This document shows positions 40,375 through 50,090 of a DNA stretch of 64,000 bases, in pieces. Source of the DNA: an uncultured delta proteobacterium (GTDB lineage Bacteria; Myxococcota_A; Polyangia; Fen-1088); the NCBI GenBank assembly GCA_963767925.1, contig CAVYGB010000001.1, positions 224,001 through 288,000 of the forward strand, read 5' to 3'. The notes beneath the pieces were generated by a model. That model was not told the DNA's origin, searched no databases, and was given only the letters and a program-made list of their open reading frames with translations. Each line of letters begins with the position of its first letter. Position 1 is the first letter of the stretch. Both the position numbers and the translations under genes were made by a program.

Positions 40375-41100
40375 TCAGCGCACCTGCTGGGCCCGCCCGT
40401 GCAGCGCCTGGGCCAGCTCCGCCAGGCGCAGCAGGGTGGCCGCGCCGCTGCCGGGCGCCAGCGCCCGCTGCTGGCGGGCTTCGCTGATCTGGGCCAGCAG
40501 GGGCTCCCAGGGACCGCCCGGCAGCGCTCGCGCCACCTCGGCCAGCGCCTCCCGGGGGCCGGGGGCAGGCTTTCCCTCCAGCTCGAGCAGGGCGGCGGCC
40601 GCCGAACGCAGGGGACCGGCCGCGTCGGCCACCGCCAGGGCCGCCTGCTCGTCGCGCAGGCTCTGCAGCACGTAGCGCTCCCGCAGCCGCAGCGTCAGGT
40701 TCAGCAGCACCTGCCGGCAACGGGCCAGCTCCGCCGGCCGCGAGATGGGCAGGTCGGCGAACGGATCGCTGCCGTGGAGCACCCGATGCCGCCGGCGAAT
40801 GTCGGCGAACTTCACCGCAAAGGCCTCCGCCGCCGCCGGCACCTCCTCGGCCAGGATGAACATCGCCTCGAGAGCGATCGCCGCGTGGCTCAGCCGGAAC
40901 GGCTCGCGCAGCCGATCGACCGCCGCCGCGTCGAACCGGCGAAGCACGACGATGAGGTTGACGTCCGAAGTAGGCCGCCACTGCCCCTCCGCCCCGCTGC
41001 CGAACAGGACGACCGACACGAGATCCGCCCCGAGCACCTCGCGGGCCGCGCTGACGAACAGCTCCAACCCACGCTCGACCGGCCCAGGCAACGGCGACAT
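40375..41100 (-). CDS. Nucleotidyltransferase domain protein (Pol-beta/MNT fold plus helical domain)
   Basis: SVVLFGSGAEG…SDVNLIVV; FAVKFADI…VLHGSDPF. Confidence 0.8.
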   Translation of the reverse strand: MSPLPGPVERGLELFVSAAREVLGADLVSVVLFGSGAEGQWRPTSDVNLIVVLRRFDAAAVDRLREPFRLSHAAIALEAMFILAEEVPAAAEAFAVKFADIRRRHRVLHGSDPFADLPISRPAELARCRQVLLNLTLRLRERYVLQSLRDEQAALAVADAAGPLRSAAAALLELEGKPAPGPREALAEVARALPGGPWEPLLAQISEARQQRALAPGSGAATLLRLAELAQALHGRAQQVR

Positions 41101-41243
41101 CTGCGGCGTCACCGCCCCATCTTAAACCCCCTCACCGAAGCCGGCAACGGCGCCAGCCAGCTCGTCCTGCGCCTCACGCCCCCCAGCCACCGCTGAGGGA
41201 GGTTCATCGAGCGTTGCCGCCCAGGCGGGAGCAGCCGCAGGCC

Positions 41244-41620
41244 CTACTCGACGAGCTGCACGGGGACGAAGCGATCCGGCGGGATCTCGTCGAGGAGATC
41301 CGCAGGTACTGCTGCCTGGCGGGGCGGCCGGGAGCTATCTCGAGCGACTCGACACAGCCCGATCCGACGCGGTCGTAGACCTTCGTCCCCGAGTAGCCGC
41401 TGCCGACGGGGTGGATGGCGAGCCGTCCATCCCGCCACGATTCGGCATAGGCTCCCAGGACCTGGTCGGTCACCAGCGGCTTCGTGCACGTCGGGTCGCC
41501 GAAGAACTCGGCCGGCTTGTCCAGCACGCCGGTTTTGGGGGAGACAGCGGAGCTGCCCCTCGGAGGCGACGCGCGGCCGGCAGGGGACGCCCAGCTCGAG
41601 GTCGGTGGGCGGATAGGTCA
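41244..41620 (-). pseudogene. Frameshifted remnant of a Cys-repeat module homologous to the C-terminus of 8980-12696
   Basis: DLELGVPCRPRVASEGQLRCLP / FFGDPTCTKPLV…HPVGSGYSGTKVY…GC / DEIPPDRFVPVQLVE*. Confidence 0.55.
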
Positions 41621-41719
41621 GGTCTGTCTGTCGTCGTCGGTTGTTTGTCGCATATTGCAACAAGGTGACGGCGGCGGGTCTGGCGTGGGCTACCAATGGG
41701 GCCGGGAGAACCAGCCTCG

Positions 41720-43495
41720 ATGTTGACGAGCAGACCATTTCATCTCGCCGGTGTGTTGTGCCTGCTGGCCTCCTGTGTGGAGCCCTACGACGGTCCCGAC
41801 CTGGCGATCGTCGATGCGGGCCCGGGGATGGCGGGGGAGCGCGATGGCGGGGCGGTGCCCTCCGGGAACGCCGACGGACCGGCGCCCGGCGAGAGCCTCG
41901 ACGGACCGGCGCCCGGCGAGGGCCTCGACGGGCCGCCGCCCCCCGCAGCGGTGGTCTGTCCAGCGGGGTTCCATGCCTGCCGCGACCGCTGCGCGTCCGA
42001 CACAGATCCCGACACGTGCGGCGTGGCCTGCGAGCCCTGCCCGTCGATCCAGGGCGGGGGCCGCACCTGCGACGGCCGCAAGTGCGGCATCACCTGTCCG
42101 GCCGGCAGCAAACCCTGCCTGGACGCCTGCGTCCCCGACAACGCCCCCTGCGACAACACCTGTCAGCCGGGGCAGAACCTGTGTGGCGGCCTGTGCGTCG
42201 ACGGCAAGAGCGTGAGCGCCTGTGGCCCGACCTGCTCGCCCTGTCCCTCCTCGCCCAGCGGCACCCCCTCCTGCGACGGCGAGAAGTGCGCGCTCGCCTG
42301 CAAAGCGGGCTTCCACCGCTGCGGTGACAGGTGCGAGAGCGACAGCAGCACCGAGGCCTGCGGCCCCTCCTGCCTGGCTTGCCCGGTCCCGGCCGGCGGC
42401 AAGGCCACCTGCCGCAGCGGCCAGTGTGAGTTCGACTGCCCGGGCGGGCGCAAGTGCGGCAACCTGTGCATCGCCAACGACCTGCCCTGCAACGGGGCCT
42501 GCCCGGGCGGGATGCGCGTCTGCAACGGGCGCTGCTTCCCCAACGATGCGGGACCGTGCTGCGTGCCGGGCAGCAAGCGCTGCAACCCCAACGGGCGCGC
42601 CGTCCAGACCTGCAGCGGCAACGCGGCCTTCGCCGACAGCGCGAGCTGCCCCCTGGGCTGCGACGCGGCCCGGTCGGCCTGCATCACCTGCCAGCCGCGG
42701 ACGGAGGTGTGCAACCGCCAGGACGACGACTGCGACGGCGAGATCGACGACAACGTGGCTCCGGTCCCCTGCAGCCCGGCCTGCGCCGGCAACCAGATCT
42801 GCCGGCCCGGGTCGGGGCTCGACGCCTCCTCCTGCGCGCCCACCAACACCGTCGAGCGCTGCGGATCGAGCTGCACCCGCTGCCCGGCCGCCCCCGACGG
42901 CGGCACCATGGCCTGCGAAGGCGGCCGCTGCGTGGCCCGCTGCCCCGGCGCCACCCTGTGCGGGGGCCGCTGCCTGCCCGCCGATCGGGTGTGCGACGGC
43001 CGCTGCGACCAGATCCGCTGCCGCGCCGGCTGCGTCCCGGCCAGCACGGGCTGTCCGCCCACCCGCCCGCTGCGCCTCTTCTTCAGCGTCCCCCGGCTCG
43101 ACAACTACACCACCGGCACCGAGGCCGGCGCGTCCAACGCCGTCAACTCCGGGTACTTCGACGCCGGCACCATGGGCCACCTCGAGAGCGCCCAGCTGCC
43201 CGGGACCAAGCCGCTGTTCTGCTACTTCAACCCGACCACGGGCGACAATCTGGTCACCGACGCCTCCTCGCCCCCCGGCGGGTTCGGCCCCTGCAACCTG
43301 GGCAACGGCAACGTGGAGGGCTTCGTCTACGGCAGCGCCCGCGCCGACACGGTCCCCCTCGTCCTGTGGCTCAACGACAGCGACCGCAGCGACCACCACC
43401 TCATCAGCGACGGCTTCCAGTCCGACAGCGACCTCACCGGCCAGAACTACCGCAAGCTCCGCACCGTCGGCCACGCCCTCCGCCGCCCGAACTGA
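41720..43495 (+). CDS. Cys-rich lipoprotein with a C-terminal repeat domain
   Basis: LLASC lipobox; many Cys modules; EVCNRQDDDCDGEIDD metal-binding-type motif; C-terminal T-x-PL…DN/DH repeats. Confidence 0.8.
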   Translation: MLTSRPFHLAGVLCLLASCVEPYDGPDLAIVDAGPGMAGERDGGAVPSGNADGPAPGESLDGPAPGEGLDGPPPPAAVVCPAGFHACRDRCASDTDPDTCGVACEPCPSIQGGGRTCDGRKCGITCPAGSKPCLDACVPDNAPCDNTCQPGQNLCGGLCVDGKSVSACGPTCSPCPSSPSGTPSCDGEKCALACKAGFHRCGDRCESDSSTEACGPSCLACPVPAGGKATCRSGQCEFDCPGGRKCGNLCIANDLPCNGACPGGMRVCNGRCFPNDAGPCCVPGSKRCNPNGRAVQTCSGNAAFADSASCPLGCDAARSACITCQPRTEVCNRQDDDCDGEIDDNVAPVPCSPACAGNQICRPGSGLDASSCAPTNTVERCGSSCTRCPAAPDGGTMACEGGRCVARCPGATLCGGRCLPADRVCDGRCDQIRCRAGCVPASTGCPPTRPLRLFFSVPRLDNYTTGTEAGASNAVNSGYFDAGTMGHLESAQLPGTKPLFCYFNPTTGDNLVTDASSPPGGFGPCNLGNGNVEGFVYGSARADTVPLVLWLNDSDRSDHHLISDGFQSDSDLTGQNYRKLRTVGHALRRPN

Positions 43496-43619
43496 CCCCG
43501 CCCGGCCCCGCGCCCGCCCGCTACTGGCGGGCCAGGGCGAGGTGGAAGCGTTCTTCGGCGGCCAGGAAGTGGTCGGGGTCGGGGCCGCCGAGGTCGATCT
43601 GGACCCAGCCGCGGAAGGA

Positions 43620-43853
43620 TCACTCCTTCTTGATGGTGTGGCAGCCGGCGCAGCCGAACCCGCCCGCCTCCGGCTTGTTGGGATCGAACTCGGGCAGGCC
43701 GAGCAGGGCCGCCATCCGGGGCTTGACGACCTCGGCCATGAACTTCACCATCTCCGGGGCCGCGGCGGGCGGTTGCTTGTCGGCGACGGCCAGGCCAGAG
43801 AGCCCTCCGAGCAAGAGCAGGCCAGAGAGGGACGCGACGTTCTTGACGTTCAT
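43620..43853 (-). CDS. Small secreted protein with a single C-terminal CxxCH heme-binding motif
   Basis: Signal peptide (…GLAVA|DK); FGCAGCHT; GAGGAG RBS. Confidence 0.7.
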   Translation of the reverse strand: MNVKNVASLSGLLLLGGLSGLAVADKQPPAAAPEMVKFMAEVVKPRMAALLGLPEFDPNKPEAGGFGCAGCHTIKKE

Positions 43854-43997
43854 GGTGGCTCCTCAGGTGCGCAGGCACGATTTGGGTTCTGGTTACCCAT
43901 TGTGACCGAGGCTACGACGCTCACCCGGATCGATTGGCTTGCTCGAAGCGGTCGGGGTTGGATCTCGCTCGCGGCCCAGGAAAAAAGGTAGCGACCC

Positions 43998-44027
43998 TGT
44001 CGATCCGGCTCTGGCTCGTTCGTCGTC
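43998..44027 (+). promoter_or_regulatory. Putative ECF sigma (ECF42-like) promoter
   Basis: TGTCGATCCGGC…TTCGTCGTC, same spacing as 21899-21928. Confidence 0.6.
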
Positions 44028-44065
44028 TCTCCAGCGACCGCCCACCACCCACCAGAGGAGACCCG

Positions 44066-44929
44066 ATGTTCCGCACCGCTTTGATCGCCGCCAGCCTGCT
44101 TGTCATCCCCCTCGCCCCGGCCGGGGCCCAGGCCGCGGGCCGCCGGGCCCAGGTCAACGGCATGCAGATGTATTACGAGGTCTCTGGCCGCGGCGATCCC
44201 CTCGTCGTGATCCACGGGGCCTACATGAACATCCCGACCATGGGCGCGATCATCCCCAGGCTCGCCAGGACCCACAAGGTCTACGCCCTCGAGCTGCAGG
44301 GCCACGGTCGCACCACCGACATAGACCGGCCGATCACCTATCCCAACCTGGCTGACGACGTGGCGGCCTTCATGGACGCCGTGGGGCTCGCCAAGGCAGA
44401 CCTGTTCGGGTACTCGATGGGGGCCGCCGTCGGGCTGCAGGTCGCCATCCGCCACCCGGCCAAGGTGAACAAGCTCGCCGCCGCCTCCGTCGCCTACGAC
44501 GTCGGGGGCTGGCAACCGGAGTTCAAGGCCTTCATCCCCCAGATGAACGTCGAGATGTTCCTGCAGATGCCCTTCGCCAAGGAGTATCGCAAGCTCGCCG
44601 CCAACCCCGACGGCTTCCCCGAGCTGGTCAGAAAGCTCATCGCCCTCGAGAAGGAGCCGATGGCCTGGGAAAAAGACGTGAAGGCGCTCAAGACCCCGGT
44701 GCTCATCATCACCGGCGACGCCGACGTCGCCACCCTCGAACACTCGGTCGCGATGTTCCGTCTCCTCGGCGGCGGGGGCATGGGCGACATGGGCAAGCCG
44801 CTGCCGGCCTCCCGGATCGCCGTCCTGCCCGCGACCTCCCACACCGCCGTCATCACCCAGCCCGACCTCCTGCACGCCTTCATCGAACCCTTCCTGAAAG
44901 GCACCACCCCCAAGGGCATGTTCCAGTAG
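44066..44929 (+). CDS. Secreted alpha/beta hydrolase
   Basis: IHGA, QGHGRT, GYSMG, GDAD, SHTAV; GAGGAG RBS. Confidence 0.9.
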   Translation: MFRTALIAASLLVIPLAPAGAQAAGRRAQVNGMQMYYEVSGRGDPLVVIHGAYMNIPTMGAIIPRLARTHKVYALELQGHGRTTDIDRPITYPNLADDVAAFMDAVGLAKADLFGYSMGAAVGLQVAIRHPAKVNKLAAASVAYDVGGWQPEFKAFIPQMNVEMFLQMPFAKEYRKLAANPDGFPELVRKLIALEKEPMAWEKDVKALKTPVLIITGDADVATLEHSVAMFRLLGGGGMGDMGKPLPASRIAVLPATSHTAVITQPDLLHAFIEPFLKGTTPKGMFQ

Positions 44930-45044
44930 CACCCTCGCCAGACGGCGCGCCCGCCCCTCGAGTGGTACCTTCAGCGCCGCGTGTGGTCGTAGCGCCCTGG
45001 TTGCTGCAGGCGGGCAGGTCGCGCGCGCGAACGAAAAGGGAGAT

Positions 45045-45899
45045 ATGGCGATCAGGTGGTACCCGGGGCACATGGCGACCGCACGCAAGGAGGCGGCGGA
45101 GACCATGCGCAAGACCGATCTGGTCATCGAGGTGCTCGACGCGCGCGTGCCGCAGTCGAGCTGCAACCCGGTGTTCGAGGGCCTGCGCCGGCAGGGAAAG
45201 CGACCGGCGCTCAAGCTGCTCAACAAGTCCGACGCGGCCGATCCGGAACATACCCGGCGCTGGCTGGACCACTACAACAGTCAGCCGGAGGTGAAGGCGA
45301 TCGCCCTGTGCGCCAAGAACCCCTCCGAGACCAGGCGCATCCTCGCCGCCTGTCGAGGGGTGCTCCCCGATCGGGGAACCCCGGCCAGGCCGCTGCGCAT
45401 GATGATCCTCGGCATCCCCAACGTCGGGAAGTCCACGCTCATGAACGCGCTGCTCGGGCGCCACGTGGCCCATGTGGGTGACGAGCCCGCGATCACGAAG
45501 ATGCAGATGCTCCACCAGCTTGGCCCCGGCATGACTCTGGTGGATACACCCGGATTGCTGTGGTCGGGCGTCGAGGAGCGCGCCGCCCTCAAGCTGGCCG
45601 CGACCCACAGCATAAGCCGCTCGGCCTACGAGGACGAAGACGTCGCGGTGGACCTCGGTCGCCATCTCCTCGCCGAATACCCGGACCTCCTCACCCGGCG
45701 CTACGGCCCGCTCCCCGAGGATTGCGACGGCCACGCTCTCATCAGCCTGATCGCCACCCGTCGCAGTCTCACGAAGAAGGCGGGTGAGCTGGACGTGGCA
45801 AGAGGCGCCCTGGCGCTGCTCAATGACTTCCGCAGCGGCGCGCTCGGCCGGATCACCCTCGAGAGCGTCCCGCAGGTGATCCCGCCGGCTGCTCCGTGA
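45045..45899 (+). CDS. ylqF: Ribosome biogenesis GTPase YlqF/RbgA
   Basis: WYPGHM, DARVP, NKSD, GIPNVGKST, DTPG (circularly permuted GTPase). Confidence 0.95.
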   Translation: MAIRWYPGHMATARKEAAETMRKTDLVIEVLDARVPQSSCNPVFEGLRRQGKRPALKLLNKSDAADPEHTRRWLDHYNSQPEVKAIALCAKNPSETRRILAACRGVLPDRGTPARPLRMMILGIPNVGKSTLMNALLGRHVAHVGDEPAITKMQMLHQLGPGMTLVDTPGLLWSGVEERAALKLAATHSISRSAYEDEDVAVDLGRHLLAEYPDLLTRRYGPLPEDCDGHALISLIATRRSLTKKAGELDVARGALALLNDFRSGALGRITLESVPQVIPPAAP

Positions 45900-45946
45900 G
45901 CCCCCGGCCTCAGTGTCGAAGGACAGTCGGCACCTGGCCGGACGTT

Positions 45947-45990
45947 CGCCCTCGCCCCGCGGTAGCGGGGAGGGGTGAGGGGTCCTCCGG
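45947..45990. repeat. Single arm of the REP-like repeat
   Basis: CGCCCTCGCCCCGCGGTAGCGGGGAGGGGTGAGGGGTCCTCCGG. Confidence 0.7.
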
Positions 45991-46270
45991 CGTTCGCGGT
46001 TCGACGACAGCTCGAGCCGCGGCTTCGACAACGCCTCCTGCCGCCCCCTCATCGGTCAGCCCTGGTAGCGCTCCCGGCGGCCGGGCAGCGACGCCGCCGC
46101 AGGTTCACCCGGGTGGGCCGGGTAGGTGCAGCGCTCCCGAGTCGGTGCGGCGGGATCCCAGGGGAGGGCCGGATGAAGGCGTCAATAGACTTGTAACTTG
46201 CGTTACCTGTCAACCGTGAGAGACACGTAAAGTCCGGGGGTGAAACGGCCGGCGCGGCCCCCCCCGGCTG

Positions 46271-46815
46271 GTGCAGTACCGGGACACCGGCTTTTTCCTG
46301 AACTACGCCCCCCGCCTGGTCAACCTGCGCACCTTCGCCGCCTCCGCGGAGGTCGGCGCCAGCGTCGCCGGGCAGCTCCTCTTCTCCTCGCTGTCATTCG
46401 ACCCGATCCGGGGCCTGCAGCGCGGGATGACCAACCTCACCCTCGACGAGCCGGGCCAGCTCCGCCGCTGGGTCATCGGCGACTCCTTCGTGAGCGCCAA
46501 TGGGCCGCTCGGCGGCGCGGCCTACCTGGCCGGGCTGAGCGTGGGACGGGCCTTCGAGCTCGACCCCTGCTTCGTCTCCTTTCCCACCGCCCAGAGCAGC
46601 GGAAACGCGCTCAGCGCCTCGGTGCTGGAGGTCTACGTCAACGGGGTTCTGGTCCGCCGCGTGCCGATCTCACCGGGGCGCTTCCAGGTCCAGAACATCC
46701 CCGCCGTGACCGGCGCGGGGACCACCCGTTGCGTCCTGCGGGACGCCTACGGGCGCGAGCAGCAGGTGGTGTCGTCCTGCTACGCCTCGGCCTCGGTCCT
46801 CGCGTCCGGTACCAG
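46271..46815 (+). pseudogene. Internal fragment of a fimbrial outer-membrane usher gene
   Basis: FLNY…GDSFV…LAGLSVGRAFELDP…SVLEVYVNG…GRFQVQNIP…G…VLRDAYGREQ…VLASG; both ends missing. Confidence 0.75.
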
Positions 46816-46920
46816 CGGGGGTCCGACGCTCACCCTGCTCACGCCGCTGGGCCAGATCGATCCCGAACCTGATGCCCTACTACGAGAACCGCTTGACCGT
46901 CAGCAACGACGACCTGCCAA

Positions 46921-47065
46921 TCAACTTTCGCATCGAGGGCGACGACCAGGTCGCCGCAGGCAGTAGTAGGTGAAGGTGTTGATGCCGATGACCGGCGAGG
47001 CGATGGTCAGGATGTGTCCCGCGGTGGTTCCGAGATAGTTGGTCCGCGCGGCGTCGGTGAACGTC
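46921..47065 (-). pseudogene. Probable remnant of a spore-coat-U/Csu-type pilin gene
   Basis: FTDAARTNYLGTTAG…TFTYY resembles the SCPU C-terminal (Y/F)TDAART motif. Confidence 0.4.
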
Positions 47066-47260
47066 TGATTAGGTGAAGGTGGCGGACTGGCTGAACCGGC
47101 GGCCTGGCGACATGCGGCGGCGCGACCAGACGCGGCAATTTGCCTTGCCCTGGAGGGGCGTGGCATGATTGCGTACATAGGGATCGAAACCCAGAGCTGG
47201 AGGCGGGCCCTGATCGGCGCGCCACCGGCCGGGCCATCTTCTAGAGAAGTAGAAAAACCA

Positions 47261-48691
47261 ATGAAGTATCGCCTTTGTGTGCTCCTGGCGCTCCTCCCCG
47301 CCTGCGGGGGCTCGCGCCGCCGCCCCATCGAGGCGCCTGACGTCATGGTGGTTCCAGGTGGGGTGCCGGACGCCGGATCCGTCGATGCGGCGGTTTCCGG
47401 GACCGACGCGAGGGCTGCGGCCGACGCGCCCGCGGCCGACGCAGGCGCGATGGACACGCCCCTGGCGCCCGACGCCCGCCGCCCTGCTGACGCCGGCCCG
47501 GTCAGCCCCGCCCCCGCCCCGAGCAGCGACTACGAAGCCCGCCTGGCCTTCTTCCGCACCGACCTGTTTCATCGCATCGACCTCACCATCGATCCCGCAC
47601 AGTGGGAGGCCTACCTGGCCGAGCACCGGCGCTTCGACGAGGACGCCGACAAGACGTGGTTCCAGGGCACCTTCCGCATCGACGGGGTCGAGCTGCGCAA
47701 CGTCGGGTTCCACTCGTTCGGCTGGGGCAGCCGCGACGAGAACCTCAACAAGCCCAACCTGAGCCTCGACCTCGACCGCAACGTCCCCGGCCAGAGCCTG
47801 CGCGGGATCGAGCGCATGCGTCTCAAGAACAACGGCCAGGACGTCTCGGGCCTGCGACAGGCGCTCCTCTATCAGGCGATGCGCGAGTCGAGCCTGCTGG
47901 CCCCGCGCTCGACCTACGCCGAGCTGTACGTCAACGACGTCCCCTACGGCTTTTACTTCGTCGAGGAGTCCTTCACTCAGGGGTTCGTGCGCCAGCGGAC
48001 CGGCAACGCCAACGGCGCCACCTACGAGCCGACCGGCTGCCAGGGCTTCGTCGCCCCCCGCGAGGGCGGCTGCGAGGCCCTCGCCTACTACTACGAGAGC
48101 AACTTCAACCCCAGCGCCGGCGGCGTCGAGCACCTGGTGGGCCTGTGCCGCGTCCTCAACGGCCCGGCCGAGGACATGATCGACGGCGTCGCGCCCTACA
48201 TCGTGCTGTCCGAGTGGGTGCACCAGGTCGCCATCGACACCGCCCTCGCCGGCAACAACGACGGCTTTTCCACCGCGGGCGCCAACTACCGCCTCTACCA
48301 CGACACCACCTTGGACAAGCTGCGCCTCATTGTCCTCGGCCCCGACGACACCTTCGTCCCCGGCGAGCTGCCCGAGCCGGACTTCCTCGAGCCCGAGCCC
48401 TACGAGGATTGCCTCGACGAGAACCCCGACTTCCGCGACATCTTCCTCGAGAAGCTGGTGGCCACCCAGCGTGGCCTCGACATCTACCGCGGCACCGTGC
48501 ACAAGCTGCGCACCGGCGTCCTCGCCGCCGGCACCTTCAAGGCCCGGATCGACACCCTCTGGAGCGTCGTCGGCCCCCACGCCAAGGCCGACCCCCGCCG
48601 CAACCCCGACTACGACGCCGAGGAGAGCAAGGACCTCATCAAGGAGTTCGTCGACCGCCGCTGGCCCACCCTCGAACAAGCCGGCTTCTGA
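47261..48691 (+). CDS. CotH kinase family lipoprotein
   Basis: LLPAC lipobox; NVG…GS…KPN…RLKNNGQD…LRQ…YAELYVN…YGFY…GNNDG…NYRLY. Confidence 0.8.
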   Translation: MKYRLCVLLALLPACGGSRRRPIEAPDVMVVPGGVPDAGSVDAAVSGTDARAAADAPAADAGAMDTPLAPDARRPADAGPVSPAPAPSSDYEARLAFFRTDLFHRIDLTIDPAQWEAYLAEHRRFDEDADKTWFQGTFRIDGVELRNVGFHSFGWGSRDENLNKPNLSLDLDRNVPGQSLRGIERMRLKNNGQDVSGLRQALLYQAMRESSLLAPRSTYAELYVNDVPYGFYFVEESFTQGFVRQRTGNANGATYEPTGCQGFVAPREGGCEALAYYYESNFNPSAGGVEHLVGLCRVLNGPAEDMIDGVAPYIVLSEWVHQVAIDTALAGNNDGFSTAGANYRLYHDTTLDKLRLIVLGPDDTFVPGELPEPDFLEPEPYEDCLDENPDFRDIFLEKLVATQRGLDIYRGTVHKLRTGVLAAGTFKARIDTLWSVVGPHAKADPRRNPDYDAEESKDLIKEFVDRRWPTLEQAGF

Positions 48692-48699
48692 CCGCTCCC

Positions 48700-48774
48700 G
48701 CCTCCGCGCACCGGGCGCCTTCCGTGCGCTGGGCGCCTTCCGCGCACCGGGCGTCTTGCGTGCACCGGGGCGCC
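48700..48774. repeat. ~4 imperfect 18-bp tandem repeats
   Basis: (CCTTCCGCGCACCGGGCG)-like units between convergent genes. Confidence 0.65.
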
Positions 48775-48813
48775 GACCGCGCCTTCGAACGGCGACCGGC
48801 TGCCGATTGGCCC

Positions 48814-49418
48814 TCACCCACGGGGGGGCGTGGGCGGCGGCGGGGGTGAGGTGGCGCAGCGGAAGCCGGCGTCGGAGGTGAGGTGGAGCTTGCTGGGGTT
48901 GTTGCGGTTGTAGATGCGCGAGAAGAGCTCGTCGTCGCGCCAGCTCCCGCCCTTGAGCACATGGCCGCGCGCGCCGGGGCAGCGCTTGCTGGCGGGGCAG
49001 GGGCCACCCGGGTTGCGGCCGGCGGCGCCCTGCCTCGATCCGGCGGAGAGGTACCAGTCGCTCACCCATTCGGCGACGTTGCCGGTGAGGTCGCACAGGC
49101 CCTCGGCGGAGTTGCCTCTCGGCCGGCTGCAGACCGGGCGGGTGTAGGGCTCCTCGGCGGGGCGATCGCCGGCGCCGGAGTCGGGGCGCTGGTCGGTGTC
49201 GCTGACGGCCTGCTCGCAGCGGGGCAGGGGAGGGTCGTGGCCCCAGGGAAAGGCGCTGCTCGCGCCCCGGCGGGCCCGTGGTGACCGCGCCATCGCCGGG
49301 CGCCTTCACGTCCGGGCAGGCCCCCGCCGCCACACACCGCCAGTAGCAACCCGAACAGCGCGGCCGGCCCGAGCGGCGCGCCCGCGGGCACCCGGACCCA
49401 GCGGCGATCAGCGCCCAT
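48814..49418 (-). pseudogene. FGE-sulfatase (SUMF1) domain gene, frameshifted and internally deleted
   Basis: FPWG…GLCDLTGNVAEWVSDWY…VLKGGSW…GFRCA is present; the N-terminal half of the domain is absent; the signal-peptide-like start lies in another frame. Confidence 0.65.
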
Positions 49419-49460
49419 TCGCCAGTTCCATCATCGGTCGCCCGTCGAGTCGATCATGCA

Positions 49461-49890
49461 TCAGGGGAACAGCTCGGGGTGGCGGACGCGGAGGACATCG
49501 TCGCGGCGTTGCTCGAGCGCGGGCCGGGAGGCGGCCGGCAGGTCGGGGGAGGCGAGGGCGTTCTGGAGGTCGCGGTAGTAGCGATCCAGCTCGGCATCCC
49601 GTCCGCCCGGCGCCAGCGTGCGGGCCCCCCGCTGGTGCTCCGCCCACACCCCCTCGCTGCCCCTGCAGAGCGCGCTCGGCGTCGAGCCAGGACACGCCCG
49701 AGAAGTTCTGCTCGCCGTCGACCGGGTTCCAGGTCGCGGCGTTGCTCTCGCGCGGGTCCATGGCGCTGGGGTCGTCGCCGTCGCTGCGGGTGGCCCAGGT
49801 GCGCAGGCGCGCGGGCGCGCTCGTCTCCGCCAGCGGGCTGGTGCCGTTGTAGCCCCAGGCGGGCTCCCCGGACAGCCTCCATCGCCATCT
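49461..49890 (-). pseudogene. 3' remnant of an unknown gene with a frameshift
   Basis: Protein-like text in two frames ending …DDVLRVRHPELFP*. Confidence 0.35.
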
Positions 49891-50090
49891 CCGCGGGGCA
49901 CCTCCCGCTCTACCGGCACCTCCCGGGAGGCATCTGGGAGGTCCCTGAGGCGTGGGGTGGGGTGGGCCGGGGTGCATTCCTGTGATTGCGCTTGCGTATC
50001 CGCGGATGGGGCACAGACTGAGGCCCTGGTTTTTGCGTGCGGTGGTGGGCCGGGCCAATCTCGCGAACCACGAACCGGGAGTCTTGATCG

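Noticed and set aside
47161..47176. Sigma-54 promoter TGGCATGATTGC upstream of the CotH lipoprotein
   Set aside because: GG-GC spacing is shorter than the required 10 nt
48700..48774. Short tandem repeats as a possible CRISPR array (also 50401-50450, 55195-55255, 32809-33033)
   Set aside because: Head-to-tail repeats without unique spacers, mostly coding, and no cas genes
49890..50090. Possible riboswitch or ncRNA in the long intergenic region
   Set aside because: No recognisable conserved motif or stable long stem could be supported by eye
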